A stretch of 64,000 bases of DNA from Octopus sinensis (GCF_006345805.1 NC_043001.1:123194001-123258000); one strand, 5' to 3'. Shown: positions 12,491-25,393, numbered from the stretch's first letter. The notes: a model not told the origin generated them from the sequence alone. A program made the numbers and translations.

Positions 12491-12714
12491 GAGAGGTAAC
12501 TTGTGGTAAATAATATATTGTGTATTTGTTGTATATTTGTGCTACATTCTTCCTGTTCGTTTAATTCTCATACACATAGTCATAAAAATGAATATGTGTT
12601 GAGTTGTTGTACATTGTTAGTGATGAAATACCTATCGCAGCAGATCTATAATTGTACAACCTAATCACAAGTGCATACATTCTCTCTGTCCCTCTTTATC
12701 TCTCTCTACCTCTA

Positions 12715-12980
12715 CATCCATCCATCACTATTCCTGGAAAGATCCTGTCAGAAGCAATTGTCATTAGACTTTCCGGTAAGATTCCGAAGCGTGACTAACT
12801 GAGGTATGGGTATTATCCAACCATTTCGTTCTTGGTCTATACGTAGGTCTGCTGCCAGCTGGCTGGACTTAAAGAGGCCGTCTTACTATTCTGTGACATT
12901 CTGATCACATGTCCGTAGTACTGGAACTGTGATCTCTCAACGCAGAGAACTAGCGACGCGACCAGGAGAGACTCCCTGAT
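12715..12980 (-). mobile_element. RTE-clade LINE ORF C-terminal remnant
   Basis: Translation VERSQFQYYGHVIRMSQ...SRFGILPESLMTIASDR matches the RTE GHV.RM...DR C-terminal pattern; several stops. Confidence 0.7.
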
Positions 12981-12984
12981 CTTC

Positions 12985-13150
12985 GAGGCGCAGGCATGGC
13001 TGTGGTACGATATTTGCTTCTCAACCACATGGTTATGGGTTCGGTCCCACTGCGTGGTAGTTAGGTATGTGTATTCTGCTATAGCCTCCTGCCGACTAAG
13101 GCATTGTAAGTGAATTTGGTAGGTGGAAACTGTAAGAAGCCTGTCTTGTA
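12985..13150 (+). mobile_element. SINE family A 5' half
   Basis: GGCATGGCTGTGG...CAACCACATGGTTATGGGTTCGGTCCCACTGCGTGG...GGAAACTGTAAGAAGCCTGTC. Confidence 0.75.
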
Positions 13151-13202
13151 TATATACATATATGTGTAGATGTGTGTTCACATGTGTACATGTGTGTGTG
13201 TG

Positions 13203-13487
13203 GAGAGAGAGAGAGAGAGAGAGAGAGTGAGAGAGAAAGAGAGAGAGTGAGAAAGAGAGAGAGAGAAAGAGAGAGAATGAGAGAGAAAGAGAGAGAGAGT
13301 GAGAGAGAAAGAAAGAGAGTGAGAGAGAAAGAGATAGAGAGTGAGAGAGAAAGAGATTGAGTGAGAGAGAAAGAGAGTGAGTGAGAGAGAAAGAGAGAGA
13401 GTGAGAGAGAAAGAGAGAGATTGAGAGAGAAAGAGAGAAAGAGAGAAAGAGAGAGAGAGGGAAAGAGAGAGAGAGAGAGAGAGAGAG
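13203..13487. repeat. Degenerate (GA)n/(GAGAGAAA)n purine tract
   Basis: Read directly. Confidence 0.95.
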
Positions 13488-14163
13488 TTACGCATGATTT
13501 CATTATATAATGTGCCTTCATAATTTAGGATGGTAGCTAGGTGTAATTTGCGAGAAAGTTGGCTGATATTTCTAGCAGGCCGAGAGAACAGGTAGTTCTC
13601 TCTTATGTTTTGTTACGTCATGTTTCTTATGTTTAGTTACGTTAACACAACTGAGGAACAAATTGTGATATATGAAAAATGTTCATGCAATTTACTGGAG
13701 AGAAGACGGCATGCCTGTATTGCATCTACTCCCACTTATACATACATATATATATATATACATACATATATATATATATATACATGCATAAATGCTAACA
13801 CATATACACACACACACACTCACACATACACACATACATAAATTCACTTATACAAATGCACATGTATATTATGTATATATAAATATACATGTATATATGT
13901 ATATATATATATGTGTGTATATATATATATGTATATATATATTTAATGGGATTATGTAATGGAGAAAAGCATATTTACACACTTTTACGCATACATACTT
14001 ACACATACATGCAAATATATAATGGCCGTTGCGGAAGAATATACATTTGTATGTATGTATGCATATATATATGTATGTGTATATATAGATATGTATATAT
14101 ATATATATGTATATATATATTATATATGTATATATATATTATATATGTATATATATATGTATA

Positions 14164-14205
<42 letters not shown>

Positions 14206-14809
14206 CACACACTCATATATATAATATATTTATGTATATGTATGTACATCTGTGTATGTGTGTGTGTGTGTAATGTTTTGACTATGAGCTCCTATCAGCA
14301 ATGGGCTAACAGTTTCCTTCTTTATTCGAAATGAAAGTAGAATATTCACCACCTTGCCCCACCCAGCTACAATCTCTAAATTAAACGAGAATAGACTAAT
14401 GTATTTTCCCCTTGACTTGGCGAATTACCGATGCTCTCCAAGAGTGTTCTTATCACGCGGTTTATGTTGAGCAACATCGATTTAATCACAAGTGTTCATG
14501 GGTAATCTCCGATGATTTCAATTTGAAAAGCTGAACAGAATCTAAATTGTATTATTACGTAACGCCAGAAGTAGCATCATGTATCACTAAGACACTTAGT
14601 AACGCTGCCAAGAACCATCTTATCCCTAAATAATTAATTCCTGCGAAGACAAACTAATTAAATAGTCAGTCAGCAGGGAACGAGTTTGCAAGTTATTCGT
14701 GAGTATTTCAGTTGTGGATTTCAGCTACAAGGCTATCGAATAGGCCATCAGTTCAGATCTTAGTAGGAGCCATATGGAGCATACAACACAATATTCACAT
14801 GATTTTTAC

Positions 14810-15240
14810 TTTTTACAGGTTTCAATCATTGGACTGCAGCCATGCTGGAGTATCATATTCCAAGGTTTTTAGTCGAATACGTCCAGCCATAGTAGTTAAT
14901 TTCTCTTTTTAAGTCTGGTTCTTATTCTATGGGTCTCTTCTCAACTGCTATATTACGCAGACGTAAGCAAAAAAAAAAAGACACCAGTTGTCAGGCGGTA
15001 TTGGTGGAGACAAAAACAGGCACAGGCACACACATCCACTTCCACACACACACACACACACACCACACACATTCACATACAACGGGCTTCCACACAAGCT
15101 CAGTAGACAAAGTTCCCCGACAAGGCATTGATCGGCTTGGGGCTAAAGTAGAAGACACTTGCTCAAGGATCCACACACTGAGTCTTAACCCCAAACCACG
15201 TGGCTGCAAAGCGACCCTCTGAATCACACAGCTATGCCTC
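14810..15240 (-). mobile_element. Diverged SINE family A
   Basis: TTTCAATCATTGGACTGCAGCCATGCTGGAG...AGAAGACACTTGCTCAAGG...CACACAGCTATGCC. Confidence 0.7.
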
Positions 15241-16379
15241 TACTACATATATTTATTCTGTATTAAGTCGAAGTGGCAGAGTTGTTAGGGTGTTGAATGG
15301 TATTTATTCTGAGGCTCAACTGAATTCAAATCCCTCTGAAGTCAACTTTACCATTTTTCCTTTCGGTTTATAAGTCTGTACCAATCGTAACTATCGAGGG
15401 TCGGGTAAGATGCTTTGCGGTGTCTGACCAGGACGCTTAAAACAGTACTTGTGGCAAACTGTATCAGCATAAATCGGTGTCCTTTACTTTAGATAGACAT
15501 TAGTGACTTAGAGAGAAGAGACTTGTATCTGTGGGCAACAGCCACTCTTCTTCGTTAAATCTTGCCTAAGCTTGCACATGCATGTATAGATGCATGGTCA
15601 TACATGTGCAGAGTATTGAGTTAGTGTCGTTGGCTACATGTTTCCAGTCTAGATAGTGGCTATTTCACTGCATTTCTGACGGTGAGACTGAGAAGGGATT
15701 GTTTGTGCCATTTGGAGAGGATCAAATATCACGCAGGGTTAGTATTTTTATTCGAAAACACCGGTGTTTATACCTTTCTACGATTTATGTCAGCAAAACA
15801 TATACGGATACATACACACATACATGCATACATACGTAATACCTATATGCATATACATATATATGTGTATAAAAATATATGCATACACACGCACGCAGAC
15901 ACCTACAGATACACGCGTGTGCACTCACTCATGCACGAATACACATACACACAAATACAGCATTAGTCATCTCGTCCTGACAGTGACATGATTCTGTTAC
16001 TGTAAGGTAACCAGCCAAACAAACGTGAATTATTATTTTCCTTATCTCTATAACGCCTAAATTATCAAGTCCTACAAACAGTTATGACAATTGCCAGTTG
16101 TTTTAATCTCTTTATTTTTCGTCATCTTTTAGTCAGGAGTGAAGGCAATACTCGTTACTCTATAGAGGGTTTCTGAATCTAGTGGCAGGGACGGAGGAAG
16201 GTATCCTGAAGCCACACACTTATCCCGAATGCTTGGAGCTCATTGAAAGCCACCTACGGTACTAGGTGGAGATAAACCGGGCGACACATTACGTCTAACA
16301 CTCAAGAAATCTAATAATCTTACTGAAACAGTAAAAATCCTTAGGGACTGTAAAAGGTTTCAGATTTGTAGTTTTCTAT

Positions 16380-16501
16380 GGCTATGTGGTAAAGAAGCTC
16401 GCCTAGCAACCACATAGTTCAGCCCCACTGCGCTGCGCGTGTCTTGGGCAAGCATCTTCTCTAACCACAGCCTGACCAATGCTTTGTGAGTGAAACCTGT
16501 C

Positions 16502-16505
<4 letters not shown>
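16380..16505 (+). mobile_element. Old SINE family A 5' half (its 3' half lies at 17311-17510)
   Basis: GGCTATGTGGTAAAGAAGCT...CCCACTGCG...CTTGGGCAAGCATCTTCT...TGTGAGTG. Confidence 0.65.
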
Positions 16506-16555
<50 letters not shown>

Positions 16556-16561
16556 CATATA

Positions 16562-16812
16562 ATAAAGGGTAAAATTAATTAATTAATTCATAATTCATAA
16601 TTTTACCAAGTAGTTCGGTACGTTAAAAGAACCATTATCGGTAAACTTATACAAAAATAAGGGTTCAGCAAGAATTTGCTTCACTACATACCGAAATTTA
16701 GAAATAGCAGTTAAAACTAACTATTTCACCACAATAAGAAAATTTCGGTATGTGGTGAAGCAAATTTTTGCTGAAGCCTAATTATAATTATACTCATAAT
16801 TATAGAATTTTT
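16562..16812. mobile_element. TA-flanked repeat containing a 36-bp inverted repeat
   Basis: TTCAGCAAGAATTTGCTTCACTACATACCGAAATTT (16664-99) pairs with 16739-16775; (TA)n on both sides. Confidence 0.6.
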
Positions 16813-16823
16813 GTATATATATA

Positions 16824-17195
16824 TTACTTGTTTCAGTCATGTGACTGTGGTCATACTGGAGCACCGCCTTTAGTCGAGGAAATCGACCCCAGGACTTATT
16901 CTTTGTAAGCCTAGTACTTATTCTATCGGTCTGTTTTGCCGAACCGCTAAGTTACAGGGGCGTAAACACACCAGCATCGGTTGTCAAGCGATGTTGGAGG
17001 GACAAATATATACACACACATACATATATATACATATATACGACGGGCTTCTTTCAGTTTCCGTCTACCAAATCCACTCACAAGACTTTGGTCGGCCCGA
17101 GGCTATAGTAGAAGACACTTGCCCAAGGTGCCACGCAGTGGGACTGAACCCGGAACTATGTTGTTGGTAAGCAAGCTACTTATCACACAGCCACT

Positions 17196-17198
<3 letters not shown>
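16824..17198 (-). mobile_element. SINE family A, full length, young
   Basis: Near-identical to 22350-22763 and 1948-2394. Confidence 0.9.
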
Positions 17199-17236
<38 letters not shown>

Positions 17237-17310
17237 ATGCGTGTGTGTGCGTGTGTGTGTGAGTACGTGTGTGTGTGCATGTGTGTGTATGTGTGTGTGT
17301 GTGTGTGTGT

Positions 17311-17510
17311 GTTTGACTCCCGCCACCGCTTTACAACTGGAACTGGTTTGTTTATGTTCTCTGTAACTTAGCGATTCGGCAAATGAGATCGAGGAAATAA
17401 GTACCAGGCTTTAAAAATAAGTATTGGAGGCGATATATTGGATTAATGTTCTGAGGGTGGTGCCGCAGCATGGCTGCATTCCAGTAATTGAAACAAGTAA
17501 AAGATAAAAA
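17311..17510 (+). mobile_element. Old SINE family A 3' half
   Basis: GTAACTTAGCGATTCGGCAAA...AATAAGTACCAGGCTT...CAGCATGGCTGCA...TGAAACAAGTAAAAGA. Confidence 0.7.
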
Positions 17511-18217
17511 AATAGAACGCATGAGATAAATTATTCAAAGCTTAATAACATCTGCACACAATCTTCAGATATTATAATTACTTGCATGTAATAATTTTGT
17601 TAAAGGATCCTTAGAGTTTGCTCAAGCTTTTAATTTTGTAGTTTTGCAAACAAAATTTTGATTTTCTCAAGAATATATCTATAAATTATTCAAATATCAA
17701 TAATTTCCGCGAGATATTATAACGGCTTGCATGCAATAAAGTTGTTAAAAAATTTAAAATACTTACAGCTCATCTAAGCTCTTAAATTTTATAATTTTCT
17801 TCTCGTTAAATAAAGCGTTACAGTGTCAAATTGTCTTGAGTAGAATTAGGATACAGAAGTGGGTGAAATACTTTGAAGTATCGGACTTAAACCTAGTAAC
17901 ATATGTTATAAGTGGAGTTGTTTCTGATACATGAATCTAATAGTTAATTTAAAGGGAATGGCAATGAATTAATTGTAAATAAACCGGTGTGGTAATCTCA
18001 CGGTAAAAGTGCGATGGCACTGTAGTAATTATTGTGTCATCACTCATAAAATCATTAAGATCAAGATGTACCAATAAGAAAACTGTTTGGATTACTGGGT
18101 TTCATTGTCTAAATTATGTGTCCTTAGCAGAGGTCGTATGATGTTAGGACAAAACCTTTAGAATTAACTAAGTTTTACCCGGAATATATAATAAACACAG
18201 ACACACAGACACACACA

Positions 18218-18284
<67 letters not shown>

Positions 18285-19057
18285 TTTAAACTGCATTGCA
18301 AAATCATACTTTGAACTTTGTAAGGCTGAACGGCAGAGCAAAAAATGGTCCCAGTCAGTAAAATATGAATTTTTGTTTTATTGCAAAACTTCTTTTGGTT
18401 ACAACATGCACTAAAATTTATTCAGTTAAACTCTTTTTTTTTTATATGAAAATATTTTTATAGAACCTTTTAATAATATGTGATTTTCTCCCACTCTCTC
18501 ACGTTTTGTGCTGACTTTGTGTGTGCGTGTGTGAGTGTGTAAAACATACGTTGCAAAAATATGCACTAATATTTTTACAGTAACACTATCAACTGAAAAA
18601 AATTGTCATATGAAAACAGATTTTTGTATTTTAACATATATATATATATATGGTAAAATATTTACTTATGTTAAAAAAGCATATATATATTCTCCCTTCC
18701 ACCTTCTCCTTTCATCGTCACCCCTACCTCGTTATCCCAGCCCTACACATTCCAACCCCACCATCCCTATATATTCCATCACACCCCACCCCATCCCTTA
18801 CACCCCACCCTAGCTTCCCCCACACCCCACATCACACCACTCCACTCCGCGCACACTAGCACTGACCACTTCCCAGCACCCACATCATCATACTTACATA
18901 ATGCACACAATGCACACGTCATGGTCACCAGCCCCCTTCCACACGCACATACACGATCTCACATATTTACGGACGTGCAGCTTGATTTTGGGATCACCTC
19001 TACTTTATTATCTCCCCTTCTTCCTGGCTTTCCTGTGTAACCCCTCGGTCCGGCATT

Positions 19058-19244
19058 CGCCATGATAGATCGCTAGCCACTAAACCATTTTTTTATTTTC
19101 TCTCCCTGTTTATTTCTGTGTTCTTTTCTGTCGAAGAGCGTAGGTTCCAAAAGTAAAAGACTTTCTCACTTCCCGAGCGTTAAACTAATACATCTGTTTG
19201 TTGTCTACACACCTGTCTTCGTCTCTTGCTTTTTTGTAAATTCG

Positions 19245-19247
<3 letters not shown>
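19058..19247 (+). mobile_element. Penelope-like-derived repeat, copy 2 (hammerhead-like GAAAC mutated to CAAAA); may extend upstream to ~18975
   Basis: Aligns with 405-596; ends in (TA)n. Confidence 0.6.
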
Positions 19248-19287
<40 letters not shown>

Positions 19288-19324
19288 AATTCAACGCATT
19301 TCCAATTCATTCTAGTATTTTCCT

Positions 19325-19369
<45 letters not shown>

Positions 19370-19394
19370 CATACATATATATATATACATACAT

Positions 19395-19458
<64 letters not shown>

Positions 19459-20504
19459 ATATATATATGCATAAAGAGAGGGAGAGAGGAAGAGCTTGGG
19501 TGAAAGAAAGAGAGGGAGAGGGGTGGGAAGAAGTACAACAGTTTAAGGCAAACGTATAAAATTTACTTCTGCATTGACGTGAAGTGCCGAGCTCAAAGTT
19601 TCCAGTGTGAAAAGTATTTGGAGGATGTCAACATTGTAGTAACAAGAAGAGGAACAGCAGTAAGAAGTTAGACGATAAACATCAACTAATAGGGATATTT
19701 TGCATAATATGACTTTGTAAATCTAATAGGAGCAAATTTAAAGAAACAGTGAACAATCTTAATATGTTCAACCATTGCATCTCTAATAAAAATTATAATT
19801 GCTGTGAAGTTTATATTTTAAGACAGTTTACTGCTATATTTTGGCGTTGTGATTTTAAGAGAAATGGCTGGAAGAAGGGACAATATCCATGGCTTTTGCT
19901 GGCGGACTTCTTTTGGTATATATCTACATAATTAAAACCGTTTTAGTTGTAACCACCGCAACATATGTTTTCAAGCACTTTATATAAGGAACACATTATC
20001 CAATATACATAATTTTATAAAGATGATAGGATGAGATTTAGAGGCAAATTTAGCTGTTCTCTCAGGCAGGTCAAGACACGGTCTGAATGAAATCGACGAC
20101 ATTGAACAAATCGGTCGATAACGTAGAAGTCTCTTCATGAATGTATTGCTCATGTATTAAAGTATGTGTTGTATTTCTCCAGAGATATATACATACATAG
20201 ACAGACACACACTCACATACACGTACATTATATATATATATATATGGGAAATTAAAATGAGAGTGAATGGGGTAAAATGAAACAAAGACTTAAAAACTTA
20301 TGTTATAACAAAAGCATTCACAATTGCTTTATACTTTATTGTCTCTTTCTGTATTTTGCTAATACATACATCTGAAAGTGCTGTTTCTGCGAATATTCAC
20401 AATTATTAAATTTACCGTTTATTTCAAGTCATCTCAATGTTTCTAATACGGTTGTTTCAATTGTATTGAGATGGTTTGTAGGACACATCTATCCGAATTA
20501 GCTG

Positions 20505-20677
20505 TCAGTTTGAATAAAACTGCAGCAAGGATAATAAGAAAAAAAGGTCATGCTTAATGATTGCAAGGTGAATTCTAACAACGAATAACGACGCTTTAGA
20601 TACAAACTTTTGATCGATTCGATCTGTGATAGCGGTCATTTTGAAGATTTCCATATTGCTGTCAACCTTGTCTATGT
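20505..20677 (-). CDS. Candidate terminal exon (phase 1): DIDKVDSNMEIFKMTAITDRIDQKFVSKASLFVVRIHLAIIKHDLFFLLSLLQFYSN*
   Basis: Acceptor CTAACCACTTTATTTTAG with a CTAAC branch consensus; phase-compatible with exon 34086-34343; AATAAA about 80 and 165 nt past the stop. An internal donor cannot be excluded. Confidence 0.45.
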
Positions 20678-20767
20678 CTAAAATAAAGTGGTTAGCGTAA
20701 AGTGAAACAGTCCTGACCTCCTTCATTAGGATTCTTTCGCGGGCACAGACAGACAGATGCATACACA

Positions 20768-20838
<71 letters not shown>

Positions 20839-22067
20839 TCACACAGACACGCACACGTACACTTCAAATATATTATATTGAGAAGCACACATATGTACAA
20901 AATATTTAGTGATAAATTTAATTTGGGTATCTCATATTCATTTCGAAATTCCCCAGAGAAATTAGTACTGAATGTAATATATAATTGGTAAAAAAATAAA
21001 GGCAGAAATATAACCGGAAGCTAAGTCTGTTTTCTGCCATTTCGTTCTAATATAGAAGTTCGTTATCGACCAAATCATCTTTCAAGAAAAGAAAAAAAAA
21101 AAGAATAATTTTTTTTTTTCATATAATAATTATTCTATTTTTACAATAACTATTTTTTTCGAAACAAGAATGTATGACTCAGGGTGGAATTATGAAATCA
21201 GAAATTTTCTCACTGCAAAAAGATAAAGAAAAAAATTACGCCGAAACAAAAGAAAATGAAAAGAAAGAGAGAAATAAAACAGAAACTGAAAGATACCCCA
21301 CCAAAATGAATCGATTCGAAGACAAGATAAGATCTCCTTAGACGGACGGCAGTTTTTCTTCTAATTGTTATATTGCCGTCATCGAGTAAGTTAAACTCCT
21401 CAGCTAACTTTACTGTTTCTCTCTTTGTCTTTCATCATACATCATGCCCCCTATCTTTCTTTATCTTTCAATCACTCACGCTCTCATTTTTATAACCATA
21501 ATACTACATTCTCTCCTCTCCCATCTCTCTTTCAATCACTCATACTCTCTATATTTTATAACTATAATGTAGCCTTTTCTTACTTTCTTTCTTTCTTAAT
21601 CATTCGTATTTTCTCCTTTATATACATTTCTTTTTGGCTTTAGATTTTAATATTTTTTTAAAGAATTTTCTTTCTTACATATCAGCAAATATTGGAAATT
21701 GCTATTTTGGAAAAATTTCTCGTTTTTTATTCGCTTTCTTTTTTTTTTCATCTTTTGTTGCTGATATCCAGAGTATTTGCATTCATTCACAAATAGAACT
21801 CTATCTAGTGGGTGATTTCTATGTAATAAGGTGAATTGTTTGACAATAAAGATCTACGATATTTGAGAAGTTATAGAAGGAAAAATGGCGGTATGATTGG
21901 AGGAGTAGTGGTCAGAAAGAAGAGTTTAATGTATAATGGAGGTAAGGTATATTAAGGGATTTTCAATCTTCCGCTTGACAGTTTCTCAAATAAAGACAGC
22001 TATCTATTAACAGTAAATAAAGTGTATATAAAATAGCCAATGATTTATATTCCAAAAGGGACACATG

Positions 22068-22146
<79 letters not shown>

Positions 22147-22260
22147 GTATGTCTGTCTGTCTGTCTGTCTATCTGTCTGTCTGTCTGTCTGTATGTCTAT
22201 CTGTCTGTCTGTCTGTCAATCTATCTGTCTGTCTGTCTGTTTGTCTGCCTGTGTCTGTCT
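22068..22260. repeat. (TCTA)n(TCTG)n compound tetranucleotide repeat
   Basis: Read directly. Confidence 0.95.
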
Positions 22261-22349
22261 GTATGTCTCTTTTCTTTCCCTTCACACACACACACACACG
22301 GTAGTATCAAACACTGAGAATGAGTGATCAACACCACATTTGAAATATA

Positions 22350-22561
22350 TACTCTTTTACTCTTTTACTTGTTTCAGTCATTTGACTGCGGCCATGCTGG
22401 AGCATCGCCTTTAGTCGAGCAAATCGACCCCAGGACTTATTCTTTGTAAGCCTAGTACTTATTCTATCGGTCTTTTTTGCCGAACCGCTAAGTTACAGGG
22501 ACGTAAACATACCATCATCGGCGATGTTGGGGTGACAAACACAAACACACAAACACACACT

Positions 22562-22605
<44 letters not shown>

Positions 22606-22763
22606 TACGACGGGCTTCTTTCAGTTTCCGTCTACCAAATCCACTCACTAGGCTATGGTCGGCCCGAGGCTATAGTAGAAGACACTTGCTCAAGGTGCCA
22701 CGCAGTGGGACTGAACCCGGAACCATGTGATTGGTAAGCAAGCTACTTATCACACAGCCACTC
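22350..22763 (-). mobile_element. SINE family A, full length
   Basis: Same as the other family A copies; abuts a diverged plus-strand head at ~22765-22930. Confidence 0.9.
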
Positions 22764-24638
22764 ACGTGAGGTAAATTTGGATGTATGGGTTAAGGATATT
22801 CAATTTACAAGCAAGTCGGTGGCAGGTTCGAGTCGACTTCGCAACACCTTGGCCGATTATTTTCCATCCTGACCTTCAGTTGTTCAATACCCTTTGAGTG
22901 GAATCCAGTTGACGGAAAATTTTGAAGTTCGTCACACAGATACACACACACGTACACGCTCACATAAAGCAGAAAACAATCGGCTTTTATTTTTCTAGAG
23001 ACATGAGAACAGCTGTGAAAACGTATGTTTCTGTATCATTGATTGTCATCAGCACAGCGTTCTACTACTTTGACTTAATCTACTATCTGTAAATAAGATC
23101 AGCAACTCGAGTATCGTTTACTCCTAATGATCCTTTGTTATCGCAAGAGATATAATACAACTCTTTTGTAGAGTATTCTATCAATGTAATGCTAATCTAC
23201 CTCATAGCTTTGAGATTTCGATAATGGGATTGTATGTTTCTAGAATGACATTGTAGAGTAAGTGTGATAGGCTGTATCTGGTTGGTTTGACCATAAAAGA
23301 GATGGAATATTTCGGCCAAAAATGGCCACTTTAATTGCTAAAGGTTTAAAGCGAGATAAACTCTCATAACAGCGACATGTCAGAAGTAGATACACAAATG
23401 CTAAATGACTTTTTCCGCTATGTGTGCCCAAATGAATTACGAGAGACTAATGGATTGACTGATTCGTACGAGCTTTTATGTTCTGAGTTCAAATCCTACC
23501 TTGGTCAACTGAACATTTTATCTTCCAGATGTCTAAAAAAATAACGTAGTTGTGAAGTACAGGCGTCGATATATGTTCCTATAATGCCTCCTAGATGTGA
23601 ATGGTATTATTATAAAGGAGACATAAAGATATACGCAGATAATAAAGGCATAAGTCATTCAATAACTTAAATTATGCTAAACCGGATTCATACTCCAGTT
23701 TGGAATACAGATTGAAGCAAAGTAATTTCATGAAAGCCTTTTGAGATAGTGGCAGCGCCTTTATTTCCCAATTCGCTCTACAGTTTCATGGAGGATCACA
23801 CATCTAGTCAATGAAAAGTCATAATTCATTTATTTCGAACATATGCGGCAAACTCAATTGCCAATATTTCTGTACACGCGTCATTAACTGATTAACGAAA
23901 AGTTAATTTCCCAAGGGTAGTAGCAGCTTAAGAGAAGACAATAATGCCTTAGAGTCAATCATCACTCATTTATTTCTCCCGTTATCTCTATTATGTATGT
24001 AAGACATACATACTTGAATCATAAGAAAACATTAATTCAGCTACTGACTGCATTTACGATGTATAGTAAATGTTAGTCTATTTTCAATAGGTTAATATAT
24101 ATGTTTTATGTACTGACGAGAAGCGGTGAACATATAAGTTTATTGCTTCTCAACGAGGGATTATCTACGAGGTTGTTTAACTCATTAGAAATTGCTGTCA
24201 AATCTCTTTCAGGCCGAACCCATTTTATCGTTTATTCAGGAGCAAGGATTGTGCCCATGATCCTTTTCATGGTTCCCCAGAGAGACCAATACCCTTAAAC
24301 TAGAGACCTGGTTTTAATGCTTTTAGTAGAGTATCTTCACTAAAACTAAGGACCAGATAGTGGCATTAAACTGGGTGACGAATTAAGACAAACATCCAAG
24401 TAGACTGCAAGGGGTTCGACGCCATATAGTAGGATTGATCCAGGAACCACGTGTTGCGAAGCAATCTTCTTAACTGTTTGGTCATGCTGCATTTTGTATT
24501 TAAGAAAGATCTGTGAAGAAAGGCAAGGCATTTAAGCCTCAACCATCTTTATATGAACAGCGAACTACGGATTACAATATCCAACACGTCATTTTGTACA
24601 GTGTAATTTGAGGGAGATTTAAGCGTTATTTCTTTATT

Positions 24639-24765
24639 TAATTTGGTTAATTTTGTCAAGGTCCCTTTTCAGTTTGTAAGATAGAAATTTGAATAGAATT
24701 AAATGTTTTAAAAGAGCTATAAAGTGCCTACGCGATAACTGTAAACCTACTTTTGAGACGCCCTG
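24639..24765 (-). mobile_element. Truncated Tc1/mariner-type MITE (inverted copy of the 5' part of 25181-25393)
   Basis: Ends CTACTTTTGAGACGCCCTG|TA; reverse complement aligns with 25181-25290. Confidence 0.75.
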
Positions 24766-24774
24766 TACACACAT

Positions 24775-24807
<33 letters not shown>

Positions 24808-24830
24808 ACACACACATATATATAATATAT

Positions 24831-25124
24831 AATATGCTTCATTATTAAAGCGAAAAGATCACAAAAAACTGCAGTTTCACGTTCCCGTTCGTCGGATAGT
24901 TGTAATTAATCACAACTGTCCGGCGAACTGAAACGTGAAGCTCTGAGTTATTATTAAAGTTGCAACAGCATCACAAAGATATCACGAAATCTGCCACCCA
25001 GAGTTTCACGTTTCTGTTCGTCGAACAGTTGTGATTAATCACAACTGTCCGAGGAACGGGAACGTGAAACTGCAGGTTTTTGTGATATTTTCGTAATGTT
25101 TTCGCTTTAATAATGAAGCATATT
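24831..25124. mobile_element. Foldback element: ~120-bp inverted arms, each containing its own ~68-bp palindrome
   Basis: AATATGCTTCATTATTAAAGCGAAAA...TTTTCGCTTTAATAATGAAGCATATT termini; internal palindromes centred on (G/A)ATTAATC. Confidence 0.8.
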
Positions 25125-25125
25125 T

Positions 25126-25180
<55 letters not shown>

Positions 25181-25186
<6 letters not shown>

Positions 25187-25393
25187 GTTTCAAAAGTAGA
25201 CACTGTATATTTCTCGTAAAACATTTAATTACATTTAAATTTCTATCTTACAAACTGAAGAGGAAGCTTGACAAAATTAACTAAATTAGCATAGAATTGT
25301 GGCTTCATATTTTTATGATTAAGATCTAAACTGTTAATACATGAATGCAAAAAAGATAGTTGAATAACTGTCAACCTATTTTGGGCCACCCTG
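25181..25393 (+). mobile_element. Tc1/mariner-type MITE with TIRs, in (TA)n
   Basis: (T)AGGGTGTTTCAAAAGTAG ... CTATTTTGGGCCACCCTG|TA. Confidence 0.8.

Larger units (their letters stand above)
11919..12646 (+). mobile_element. Old element with ~150-bp diverged direct repeats (period ~574) enclosing hammerhead-like cores; Penelope pLTR/retrozyme-like
   Basis: 11919-12070 resembles 12493-12646 (GAGGTAA.TTGTGGTAAATA...GTTTAATTC..ATAC...GTCATAAA...TGTTGAGT...ACA.TGTTAGTGAT...CAGAT). Confidence 0.5.
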
